From the NCBI GenBank assembly GCA_026401075.1, contig JAPLNQ010000259.1:1-60992 (forward strand): 60,992 nt of DNA. The letters run 5' to 3'. A program made the translations under genes and the position numbers. Below, one piece after another: positions 33,648 to 41,773 of this stretch (its first letter is position 1; each line of letters begins with the position of its first letter). The notes under the pieces were generated by a model. That model had not been told where the DNA came from. It searched no databases and was given only the letters and a program-made list of their open reading frames with translations. The DNA comes from Planctomycetia bacterium. Its GTDB lineage: Bacteria > Planctomycetota > Planctomycetia > Pirellulales > UBA1268.

Positions 33648-35039
33648 ATGCACGCAGTCTCCGGGTCCAGACACATGCTTCCGTCTCGCATGACACACGA
33701 AAACCAACCCCTGCAGCCCTCGCCTCCCCTCGACGGTGAGCCGGCCCCCGCACCGGCGGCCCGGACAAGGGATGCAGCCGCCCGTCGGGTCGACATCGCG
33801 ATCGTGGGCGCCGGGGCAGCCGGACTCTTCGCGACAGCCTGGGCAGGACGCACGGCCCGGGGCCGCGGCCTGACGCCGTCGATCGTGGCGGTGGATGGTG
33901 CCCGCAAGCTCGGCGCAAAGATTCTCGTGGCCGGTGGCGGCCGCTGCAACGTCACACACTGGCAGGTGGCCGACACCGACTTCGTCGGCAGCACGCCACC
34001 GGCGATCCGCAAGGTGCTCGCACGCTTCACGGTGGACGACACGGTCACCTTTTTCAAGGCGGCGGGCGTGGAACTCAAGCGCGAAGACACCGGCAAGCTC
34101 TTCCCCGTCACCGACTCGGCACGGACGGTGCTCGATGCCCTCGTCCGCGAGGCCACCGGCTGTGGTGCCACGCTCGTGCATCCCGCGCGGGTTGAAGCAA
34201 TCGTTCGCGACGCCGACGGCTTTCTCGTGACGACATCAGCCGGGCCACTCCGCGCGGCCCGCGTGATCCTCTGCAGCGGTGGAAAGTCGCTGCCCAAATC
34301 GGGCTCCGACGGCAGTGGCCATGCCCTGGCCATGTCGCTTGGCCATTCGCTCACGTCGCCGATCGTGCCGGCGCTGGTGCCGCTCACGCTGCCAGCCGGA
34401 CACTGGATCACGGAGCTGTCGGGCCTCACGCTGCCCACCGAACTCGTCCTCTCGACAGCCAGCGGCAAGCGCACGACGGCCAGCACCGGCAGCACGCTCT
34501 GCACTCACTTCGGCCTCTCCGGCCCGGCCGTGCTCGACATCAGCCGCCACTGGCTCGTTGCCAGGGACCGCGCCGCCTCCGCGGGCCAACCGCCCGTGAA
34601 GCTCTCGATCAACTGGCTACCGGAAACCCATACCGGCGCCGTCGACGACATGCTGCTCGAGTCGCGGGGCCGCGGCCCGCTCGCCGTGTTGCGGGAGCAT
34701 CTTCCCGACCGCCTCGCGCGGCGGCTCTGCGAACTCGCCGGGGCACCCACCACCGGCGACCTGCCCCGCGAACCACGGAAGCGACTGGTGACGCTGCTCA
34801 CCGGAACGCCGCTGGAGGTCACAGGGGATCGCGGCTTCACGCTCGCCGAGGCCACGGCCGGCGGTGTGCCGCTCTCGGAGGTCCGCCTCGACACGATGGA
34901 GAGCCGCCTCTGTCCGGGGCTGCATTTTGCTGGCGAAGTGCTCGATGTCGACGGTCGGATCGGCGGCTTCAACTTCCAGTGGGCCTGGGCCAGCGGCTTC
35001 CTGGCCGGCACCGCCGCGGCGGCCCTTTACGAGAGCTAA
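33648..35039 (+). CDS. HI0933/BaiN-like NAD(P)/FAD-dependent oxidoreductase
   Basis: VDIAIVGAGAAGLFATAWAGR...KILVAGGGRCNVTH...CSGGKSLPKSGSDGSGHALAMSLGH...GLHFAGEVLDVDGRIGGFNFQWAWASG are typical HI0933-like blocks. Confidence 0.85.
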   Translation: MHAVSGSRHMLPSRMTHENQPLQPSPPLDGEPAPAPAARTRDAAARRVDIAIVGAGAAGLFATAWAGRTARGRGLTPSIVAVDGARKLGAKILVAGGGRCNVTHWQVADTDFVGSTPPAIRKVLARFTVDDTVTFFKAAGVELKREDTGKLFPVTDSARTVLDALVREATGCGATLVHPARVEAIVRDADGFLVTTSAGPLRAARVILCSGGKSLPKSGSDGSGHALAMSLGHSLTSPIVPALVPLTLPAGHWITELSGLTLPTELVLSTASGKRTTASTGSTLCTHFGLSGPAVLDISRHWLVARDRAASAGQPPVKLSINWLPETHTGAVDDMLLESRGRGPLAVLREHLPDRLARRLCELAGAPTTGDLPREPRKRLVTLLTGTPLEVTGDRGFTLAEATAGGVPLSEVRLDTMESRLCPGLHFAGEVLDVDGRIGGFNFQWAWASGFLAGTAAAALYES

Positions 35040-36160
35040 AAGGGGACGCAGCTCTTTTCCGACTTCTTTTCCGAAGTCGGAAAAGAGCTGCGTCCCCTTT
35101 TTTCCGGTCCCCTTTTTTCCGGTTGCCGCTCGGACAGCGGCGCGAGCAGACGCTCTGCGGCGGCCGTCACCTGCTCGACGCTGACGGCCAGCATCGAGCG
35201 TGCGCCCCGGGCCGCAGACGAACCGGCGCAGACGACTTCGCTGGCAGTCTTCCAGGGATGCCATTGCCGGGGATCGCTCGGACCAAAAAGCGCCACCACC
35301 GGCACGCCGTGCGATGCGGCGACGTGCGGCAGACCACTGTCGATGCCCACGCAGAGATCCATCCGCGCAAGCAACCCGCCCACCTGCCGCAGTGGCACCG
35401 AGGCCGAGTGATCGTGGACATGGCCGACGACCCGCGGGGCAAGAAGGCTGATGACATCCGCATGCAGGTCGGCATCCGCCGGGCCCCCGCAGAAGAAGAC
35501 CTCACAGCCGCGTACGGCAACCAGCCATTCGATCACGGCGGCCCAGCGGTCGGTCGGCCAGTGCTTCTCCCGATTGGTCGAACGCATCGCCAGGAAGACC
35601 CGAGGCCGTCCGGTGGGCACGTTCGCGAGCAGACTGTCGAGCGGTGCCCGATCCCGTTCGCATACCCAGTTCTCATTGTGGCCGTCATCGACGTCGATGC
35701 CGTCGCCACGCAGCAGGTCGAGGTAGGCCTCCGCCTGATGACGACCAGGGTGCACGCCCACGGCCCGGGACAACAGCCAGCCCCGTCCCTCCGCCCCATG
35801 GCCGACCCGCCACGGGATGCCGGCCAGCCGGACCAGCAGCGCACTGGAGAACGACCGCTTGAAGAGATAGGCCCGGGAATACCCGCGTGACCGCAGCCAG
35901 GCAGCATGCGCGAGAAGGCCAGCCAGTGCCTGGTGTGGGAGACGCTGCGAACGCGGCGGCCGCGGCCAGGCCATCAGTTCGTCCGTGTAGGGACAGTGGG
36001 CCAACACCGCCGCCGCGGCTGGCACGATCAACACGTCGATGACCGCCCGTGGAAACCGTCGTCGCAGATTGCGGAGGAAGGGAATGCCCAGCACCGTGTC
36101 GCCGAGGAAGGCGTTGCCAACCACAAGGATCCGCTCAGTCTGTGCAGGCGTGGCTGGCAT
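35036..36160 (-). CDS. GT9 glycosyltransferase (ADP-heptose:LPS heptosyltransferase-like)
   Basis: From ATG 36160: ERILVVGNAFLGDTVLGIPFLRNLRRRFP...EKHWPTDRWAAVIEWL...FFCGGPADAD...LCVGIDSGLPHVAASHGVPVVALFGPSDP are GT9 blocks. The C-terminal tail (EKRGPEKRGRSSFPTSEKKSEKSCVPF) is encoded by the family C repeat, so the true C-terminus is uncertain. Confidence 0.82.
   Translation of the reverse strand: MPATPAQTERILVVGNAFLGDTVLGIPFLRNLRRRFPRAVIDVLIVPAAAAVLAHCPYTDELMAWPRPPRSQRLPHQALAGLLAHAAWLRSRGYSRAYLFKRSFSSALLVRLAGIPWRVGHGAEGRGWLLSRAVGVHPGRHQAEAYLDLLRGDGIDVDDGHNENWVCERDRAPLDSLLANVPTGRPRVFLAMRSTNREKHWPTDRWAAVIEWLVAVRGCEVFFCGGPADADLHADVISLLAPRVVGHVHDHSASVPLRQVGGLLARMDLCVGIDSGLPHVAASHGVPVVALFGPSDPRQWHPWKTASEVVCAGSSAARGARSMLAVSVEQVTAAAERLLAPLSERQPEKRGPEKRGRSSFPTSEKKSEKSCVPF
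35038..35101. terminator. family C perfect 29-bp palindrome between convergent genes (bidirectional terminator-like)
   Basis: aaaaggggacgcagctcttttccgacttc (35038-35066), loop ttttcc, gaagtcggaaaagagctgcgtcccctttt (35073-35101). It is followed by a T-run and two partial copies (ccggtcccctttttt). It starts inside the TAA of the + gene and lies within the last ~22 codons of the - ORF. Confidence 0.7.
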
Positions 36161-36188
36161 GATTGGCGTTTCCCGATGGCAGCTGCCG

Positions 36189-39100
36189 CTACCGCGCGAA
36201 TCCCACGAAGAAGCTGAACAGCTGCTTGCTGTCGTAGGGGGCGTAGACCACCGGGACGGCGAAGTCGAGCGCGATCGGCGCCGGCCCCATCGCCGGCAGG
36301 GTGATCCGCAGGCCGAAGCCGGGCGCCACCCGCATGTTGCTGATCGACACATTCGACTCGACGGTGCCGAAGTCGGTGAAGACGACACCGCGAAGCGCGT
36401 CGTTGGCCGTAATTGGAAACATGTATTCGACCGTGTTGAGCCACTCGAACGGACCGCCGATGATGGCGGCATTCTGGCTGGCGTTGACGGGCGACGCGCC
36501 GGCGACCGTCTGCCGCGGGCTGGCCCCGCGAAAGGTGAAACCGCGGAGGGTGTTGTAGCCACCCGCGAAGAAGTTGTCGTAGGCGGGCGTGTTCGGCCCC
36601 GACATGCCCAGCACGGAGCCGATCGAGAGCACGTGCCGGCCCGAGCCGTCGGGCCGCTCGTTGAGCAGAAAATACTGCCTGCCCTCGAGGATGCCGCGCG
36701 GGTAGACGAAGGTGCCGACCACCTGCTCGAACTCGAAGGTCGCCAGATGGCCCTGCGTCGGCAGGAAGGGGCTGTCGCGGGTGTCGTGGACGAGCCCGCC
36801 GCTGAAGCCGTAGACGGAATTCGTGCCGTACATGTTCTGGATGGCGGGAGTGAGGATCCGTGGGTTGTAGACGTCGACACTCTCGCCGCGAAACGCGGTG
36901 TTCACCGACAGGTCGGGGGCGAACTTGAACTGATAGCCCAGGCCCACGCGACCACCCACGCGGCCTTCCGCCCAGTCGTAGAAATACCGCGTGTAGTAGG
37001 AGGCGCTTGTGGACAGGCCGATCCGCGTGTCGAAGAGATACGGTTCCTGGAACGTGGCCGTATACCGCTGCAACTGCGTGCCCGGCGCGGCCTCGAGCCG
37101 GAACCGTTGGCCGGCTCCGCGGAAGGCGGTGCCGTTGCGGATATCGTCCCAACTCTGTGGCAGGCGGGTGATGTCGAAGTTTTGTTCGTCGACGACGATG
37201 TTGCCGACGAGCCCGGCATTGGAATTGACGCCCGCACCGATCATCAGGCGGCCCGTCTGCGTCTCCTCCGCATCCACATCGACGATGACGTAGGGCTCCT
37301 GGCCCGGAAAGACCTGCAGCGGCTCGGCACCGAAGTTGGGCACCATGCCTGGCTGGGCCATTCCCGGCGGCATCAGCCCTGGCTGCATCATGCCGGGCTG
37401 GGCCATGCCTGGCTGCATCATGCCGGGCTGGGCCATGCCGGGCTGGACCATGCCGGGCTGATATTGCACCGGCTGCATCATGCCGGGCTGCACGGCCGGT
37501 GCGGGCCCTCCCGGAAACGCCTGGGCAACGGGGGCCTGGGCCACGTAGACGGGAGCCCGCGGGGCGGGCGCCACGGTCCGCGAATAATCGACCGCCTCGG
37601 GGCCTGTCGGCGCAAGCGGCGATCCTCCCCAGGCCTGCGCGGCTGGCTGGGTCGCCGGCGCCGGACTCTGGCCGCGCCACACCGGCTTCGCCGCGACCGT
37701 CTGCTGCCTGTTGTCCTCAGGGTTCCACTCCCCTTCGAGCACGAGATCGATCTCCGCGTCTTCTTCGTCGGCGGCGTCGGGGCTCTGCCCGCGGAAACCA
37801 GGCCGCTTGGGGTCGCGGGCAATCTGCTTGTTCTCACCCCCCTCGGGCTTGCTGAAGGCAATGCGGGGCCCCTCGCCCTTGGCGGCATCGGCGAGAAACA
37901 GACTGCTCGACTTCAGGCGACGTTCGTCGTCGCGAAGCTTGCGAATATCGAGGATGTCGCCCGGCCGCAGCGAAAGCCGGTTGAGGACGGTGCTGTGGCG
38001 GGTGTGCGGATGTTCGCCGCGGATGCGGATATTGATCTTGCCCACGCGGTACCGCTGTCCCTCGTCGATGTTGTAGACGAGGTCGAGTTGACCGGGTTCC
38101 TCGAGAAACCGCGGATCGGCCCTGATGTCGGCGAAGACGAACCCACGGCCGCCGTAGATATCGCGGATCATGCCGAGGTCGGCATCCATCTTCGACTGGT
38201 TGAAGGGCTGGCCGCTGGTGAGCTTGAGTTCTCTGGAGATGAACTCGCTCTTGAACTTGCTGTTGCCGACGAACGACACGTTCCGGACGGCATAGCGAGG
38301 TCCCTCGTTGATAACGAACGTGAGCATCGTCCATTCACGCTTGCCGCCGTTGACCACCTCGACCTCGCGGCCCACCTTGGCCTGAAAGAAACCGAGACTG
38401 CGGTAGTAGGCGGTGAGCGCCTCGACATCGGCGTCGATCTTGGCACGGTCGAGATCGCCGCCGAGCAGCCACAACACACCGGGCTTCGACTTGATCTGCG
38501 TGAGCAGGCGGGCATCGTTGGCGATCGTGTTCCCGACGAAACCCGTCCACAGCGACTTGCGGCTCCGCCCCTCGTCGATGAGGAACACGGCCCCCTTGTC
38601 GCCAGGCTTATTGCCCTCGATCGTGGTCACCTTCGCGGCGTCGTAGCCCTTCTCGTGGTAATACGACTCGATCCGACGACGGGCCTCTTCGACCACGTAG
38701 GCATCCATCGAGTCGCCAACGTCGATCTCGGCCTTCTTCCGGATGGTGCGGGATGGCACCCGCTGGTTACCGACGTATTTGACATACCGCAGCATCGGCC
38801 GCTCCACCACCTGGAAGATCACGACCACGCCTTCCTTGACGCGGACGTACTTCGGGTGGACATCGACGAATTTGCGGCAGCGGTGGAGCGTGCGGACGTC
38901 CTCCTCGATCGCCTGGGCGTCGAAGATCTGGCCGGCACGGGTCACGAGCTTGGGAAGCTTCGACACGTCTGTCGCATGGTTGCCTTCAATCCGCACCTCG
39001 ACGATGCGGTTGGCTTCGTCAACGGCGGTAGCCGCCGGGGGTGTGGGCTGCGGCAGGGGCGTGACGCCCCCTGGCAATTGAGGCTGTTGGCCGTGGGCGG

Positions 39101-39248
39101 CCGCGATCCAAAGCCCCGCGATCCACAGCCCTGCCAATGCCCGCGGCAGCAGCCGGCAGGTGGCAGAGAAGAACCATCCGCTGACGTCGGCCAAAGGGCC
39201 CGACCGTCGAGACGAGAGCGTGTCGGTGCGGGGGGTGCGCAAAAACAT
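36189..39248 (-). CDS. bamA: outer membrane protein assembly factor BamA with a large low-complexity insert
   Basis: From ATG 39248 there is a signal-like N-terminus. POTRA repeats follow (IVEVRIEGNHATD, VKYVGNQRVPSRTIRKK, VSFVGNSKFKSEFISREL, INIRIRGEHPHTRHSTVLNRL). The Omp85 barrel reads ETQTGRLMIGAGVNSNAGLVG...NFFAGGYNTLRGF...APGFGLRITLPAMGPAPIALDFAVPV...FSFFVGFAR*. The 300-aa upstream extension in the ORF track is not supported. Confidence 0.9.
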   Translation of the reverse strand: MFLRTPRTDTLSSRRSGPLADVSGWFFSATCRLLPRALAGLWIAGLWIAAAHGQQPQLPGGVTPLPQPTPPAATAVDEANRIVEVRIEGNHATDVSKLPKLVTRAGQIFDAQAIEEDVRTLHRCRKFVDVHPKYVRVKEGVVVIFQVVERPMLRYVKYVGNQRVPSRTIRKKAEIDVGDSMDAYVVEEARRRIESYYHEKGYDAAKVTTIEGNKPGDKGAVFLIDEGRSRKSLWTGFVGNTIANDARLLTQIKSKPGVLWLLGGDLDRAKIDADVEALTAYYRSLGFFQAKVGREVEVVNGGKREWTMLTFVINEGPRYAVRNVSFVGNSKFKSEFISRELKLTSGQPFNQSKMDADLGMIRDIYGGRGFVFADIRADPRFLEEPGQLDLVYNIDEGQRYRVGKINIRIRGEHPHTRHSTVLNRLSLRPGDILDIRKLRDDERRLKSSSLFLADAAKGEGPRIAFSKPEGGENKQIARDPKRPGFRGQSPDAADEEDAEIDLVLEGEWNPEDNRQQTVAAKPVWRGQSPAPATQPAAQAWGGSPLAPTGPEAVDYSRTVAPAPRAPVYVAQAPVAQAFPGGPAPAVQPGMMQPVQYQPGMVQPGMAQPGMMQPGMAQPGMMQPGLMPPGMAQPGMVPNFGAEPLQVFPGQEPYVIVDVDAEETQTGRLMIGAGVNSNAGLVGNIVVDEQNFDITRLPQSWDDIRNGTAFRGAGQRFRLEAAPGTQLQRYTATFQEPYLFDTRIGLSTSASYYTRYFYDWAEGRVGGRVGLGYQFKFAPDLSVNTAFRGESVDVYNPRILTPAIQNMYGTNSVYGFSGGLVHDTRDSPFLPTQGHLATFEFEQVVGTFVYPRGILEGRQYFLLNERPDGSGRHVLSIGSVLGMSGPNTPAYDNFFAGGYNTLRGFTFRGASPRQTVAGASPVNASQNAAIIGGPFEWLNTVEYMFPITANDALRGVVFTDFGTVESNVSISNMRVAPGFGLRITLPAMGPAPIALDFAVPVVYAPYDSKQLFSFFVGFAR

Positions 39249-39542
39249 CAATGGTGCCGATGAGGGAATGGGCGGCAGTGGGCCGGGGAGGAATACCGGA
39301 CCCCGGGACTGCGTCACAAGCCGAAAAGTGTCCGATGATCTGGGGTCCGGCTCGGGTTCCGGTCCGTTTTTGTCTGGCCCGGACCGTATGGATTCCCCAC
39401 GGTTCGCCCGTCCTGCCCAGATGCCGATGCTTGACTGCGACGGGCAAACTCCTGTATTTTTCCATGTTTCCGCCTGTTTCTGTGTTTTTCCCGCGAGCAC
39501 GGCTCGCCGGGTGCATGGCATCCACGACGTCGGCCCCTGCCC

Positions 39543-40694
39543 ATGCCGCCCATGGTCATTGATCTGCGCCGCACAGACGACGCCCGCGATGTTGTCCATC
39601 GTGCGGTTCAGGCTTTGGCAGAGGGCAGGGCCGTCGCCTTTCCGACGGAAACCGATTACGTGGTCGCCGCCAGCGCGCGGCATGTGGAGGCTGTTGAGCG
39701 GCTCCGCTGTCTGGCTGCTGAGCGGTCTGGTGAGCCCCAGTTGTCGCTGGCCCTCAAGAGCGCCGACGAGGCGCTCGATTGGGCCCCCCGTCTGAGCCCG
39801 CTTGGTCAACGGCTGTCCCGGCGGTGCTGGCCCGGACCGGTGACGATCATCGTCGATGACGATCATCCGGACAGCCTCGTCAATAGGCTGCCGCCGGGCG
39901 TGCGGCAGTTGATCGTCGGCTCCGGCCAACTGCGGCTCCGGGTGCCGGGCCACCGCATGCTTGCAGACTGCATGCGGATGCTGGCAGGCCCCGTGGTGCT
40001 GGCGGAGCCCGGCGGAGGAGACGACTCTGCAGCGGTTACGGCGGAGCAGGTGGTCGCCCGGTGCGAGGCGGCCGGGGCCGCCGTGAGTCTGGTGATCGAC
40101 GACGGCCGCGCCAGGTATGCCCAGCCGGCATCGACGATCGCGATCGATGATTCCGGCTTTCGCGTGGTGCATCCCGGCATCGTCTCAGAGGAAACACTGC
40201 GCCGGCTGTCCAGCCTGATGGTGCTCTTTGTCTGCACGGGCAATACCTGCCGCAGCCCGATGGCGGAGACGCTCTTTCGGGAGTTGGTCGCGGAGCGGTT
40301 CAACTGCAGAGCCGACGAGATCGAACGACATGGCGTCATGGTTGCCAGTGCCGGAATCGCCGCCTGGGGGGGTGGCAAGGCGAGCACCGGCGCCCTCGAG
40401 GCGATGCGGGAGCGGGGCGCCGATCTTTCGGGCCACGAGAGCCAGCCGTTGACGGAAAACCTCGCCCGGCAGGCTGACGTGATCTGGACCATGACGGCGT
40501 CGCATCGGGCGAACATTCTCGCCCAATTTCCCGAGTCGGGCGGCCGCGTGGCGATGCTTTCCCCCGATCGGCTCGACGTGATCGACCCCATCGGGGGCAC
40601 GCTGGCGACCTACCGAAAATGTGCCGAGCAAATCCGCGAGCATTTGGCGAACAGACTGGATACACTCGAATCCCAGCTTTTCGGCGGCTCGTGA
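39543..40694 (+). CDS. fusion protein: L-threonylcarbamoyladenylate synthase (YrdC/TsaC domain) + low-molecular-weight phosphatase domain
   Basis: The N-terminal ~205 aa form a YrdC-like domain (AVAFPTETDYVVAAS...WPGPVTIIV...LRLRVPGH...PASTIAIDDSGFRVVHPGIV). The C-terminal ~175 aa form an LMW-PTP domain with P-loop VLFVCTGNTCRSPMAE and a DP acid loop (DVIDPIGG). Confidence 0.85.
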   Translation: MPPMVIDLRRTDDARDVVHRAVQALAEGRAVAFPTETDYVVAASARHVEAVERLRCLAAERSGEPQLSLALKSADEALDWAPRLSPLGQRLSRRCWPGPVTIIVDDDHPDSLVNRLPPGVRQLIVGSGQLRLRVPGHRMLADCMRMLAGPVVLAEPGGGDDSAAVTAEQVVARCEAAGAAVSLVIDDGRARYAQPASTIAIDDSGFRVVHPGIVSEETLRRLSSLMVLFVCTGNTCRSPMAETLFRELVAERFNCRADEIERHGVMVASAGIAAWGGGKASTGALEAMRERGADLSGHESQPLTENLARQADVIWTMTASHRANILAQFPESGGRVAMLSPDRLDVIDPIGGTLATYRKCAEQIREHLANRLDTLESQLFGGS

Positions 40695-40700
40695 GCCGTG

Positions 40701-40772
40701 GGCAAGGCTGACCGTCGTGGTCAGGCTGGTCATGCTGGTCAGGCTGGTCATACTGGTCTTGCTGGTCATGGA
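40701..40772 (+). repeat. 9-bp tandem array (GGTCWKRCT-like, 6 clear + 2 degenerate units)
   Basis: Six clear units: ggtcaggct ggtcatgct ggtcaggct ggtcatact ggtcttgct ggtcatgga (40719-40772). They are preceded by two degenerate units, ggcaaggct and gaccgtcgt. Confidence 0.85.
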
Positions 40773-40774
40773 CC

Positions 40775-40810
40775 GAGTTTGTCAGGGAGTTTGTCAGGGA
40801 GTTTTTCATG
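40775..40810 (+). repeat. 12-bp tandem array x3 ending in the rpiB start codon
   Basis: gagtttgtcagg (40775-86), gagtttgtcagg (40787-98), gagtttttcATG (40799-810). Confidence 0.85.
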
Positions 40811-41275
40811 CGGATTGCCATTGGCAGCGATCATCGGGGCGTGGCGGCGAAACTACGCCTGATTGGGCTTCTCGAGCGCATGGACAACGAGGTGGTCGAC
40901 TGCGGCTGCCTCAGTGACGAAGCCGTCGACTATCCCGACATCGCGGCGGACGTTGCCAGGAGAGTCAGCCACGGCACCGCCGACCGCGGCATCCTGCTGT
41001 GCTGCACAGGCGTGGGCATGGCGATCGCCGCCAACAAGCTGCCGGGCGTCCGTGCGGCGACCTGCCACGATGAGGTGACCGCCGAAATGAGCCTTCGCCA
41101 CAACGACCTCAACGTGCTCTGCCTGTCGGCCGAGATGATCGGGCCCGAGGTGCAGGACAAGCTGATTCGCACCTGGCTGGAAACGCCATTCGAGGGGGGA
41201 CGCCATGCCCGGCGGGTCGCCAAGATCGCAGCCCTGGAATGCGGCGGCGGCGACAAGACTGACACGAAGTCCTGA
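40808..41275 (+). CDS. rpiB: ribose-5-phosphate isomerase B
   Basis: MRIAIGSDHRGVAAKLRL...DYPDIAADVARRV..RGILLCCTGVGMAIAANKLPGVRAA.CHD...RHNDLNVLCL are canonical RpiB/LacAB blocks. Confidence 0.92.
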   Translation: MRIAIGSDHRGVAAKLRLIGLLERMDNEVVDCGCLSDEAVDYPDIAADVARRVSHGTADRGILLCCTGVGMAIAANKLPGVRAATCHDEVTAEMSLRHNDLNVLCLSAEMIGPEVQDKLIRTWLETPFEGGRHARRVAKIAALECGGGDKTDTKS

Positions 41276-41320
41276 CCGCGGCGGGTCCACGGACGTGGAT
41301 GCCGATATCCGCTGCGACGC

Positions 41321-41346
41321 GGAGTCCCCCAGCTTCCGCCGAGGGC
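41321..41346 (-). repeat. family A hairpin repeat, degenerate reverse copy
   Basis: ggagtcccccagcttccgccgagggc is the reverse complement of the gccc(c/t)cggcggaagc(c/t)gggggactcc core, with 2 changes that still allow G-U pairing. Confidence 0.7.
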
Positions 41347-41467
41347 ACCGGTTCACGCGAAACACGACATCGTGTCGCCCTGACAGGCGGATGCCTGTCC
41401 TCAGTCAGGCGCTTGGCCGACTCCGTCGGCTGGTGCTTACCCGGCCCTCCGGGCCTGACGCACGTTC

Positions 41468-41539
41468 GACAAAAAGCCCCGGACGGAAGTCCGGGGACGT
41501 TGGGTCGTTGGGCAACCCCGGATCTGCATGGAACGCGGG
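41468..41539 (+). repeat. family A long variant (MITE-like unit)
   Basis: gacaaaaagccccggacggaagtccggggacgttgggtcgttgggcaaccccggatctgcatggaacgcggg aligns with the reverse complement of 22672-22758. The hairpin stem has a compensatory change relative to the canonical copy (ccccggAc/gTccgggg). Confidence 0.8.
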
Positions 41540-41773
41540 CAAGATGCCGTGTTTCGCGGAAATGCGGAAAGTGGTCATGTCGTAGCGGTCGTGCCGTCCG
41601 AGAGCCTGAAAAACGGGTAAAAAACCTGAGGAAATTCGTTGAACCCGCGGGTGGCGTTGGTATCGTCGAATTTTGGAGCGGGTCAGAGCCGGCGTGTGCC
41701 GGTGACCAGCTCTCTGGCCACACACGGCCTCCCGCACGTCCCCCAACACGCCCTTTTACGGAATTCGCACGGT

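Noticed and set aside
36161-36880. N-terminal extension of the GT9 ORF (ORF 35036-36880) overlapping the bamA 3' end
   Set aside because: The extension is Ser/Thr/Arg/Pro-rich and out of frame within bamA. Conserved GT9 sequence starts right after ATG 36160.
36039-39263. 1074-aa ORF antisense to bamA
   Set aside because: No motifs and Arg/Gly/Asp/His-rich. bamA on the minus strand is unambiguous.
39249-40172. N-terminal ~300-aa extension of the bamA ORF in the track (ORF 36189-40172)
   Set aside because: The extension overlaps the well-supported TsaC-phosphatase gene on the other strand and has junk composition. A signal-like N-terminus begins at ATG 39248.
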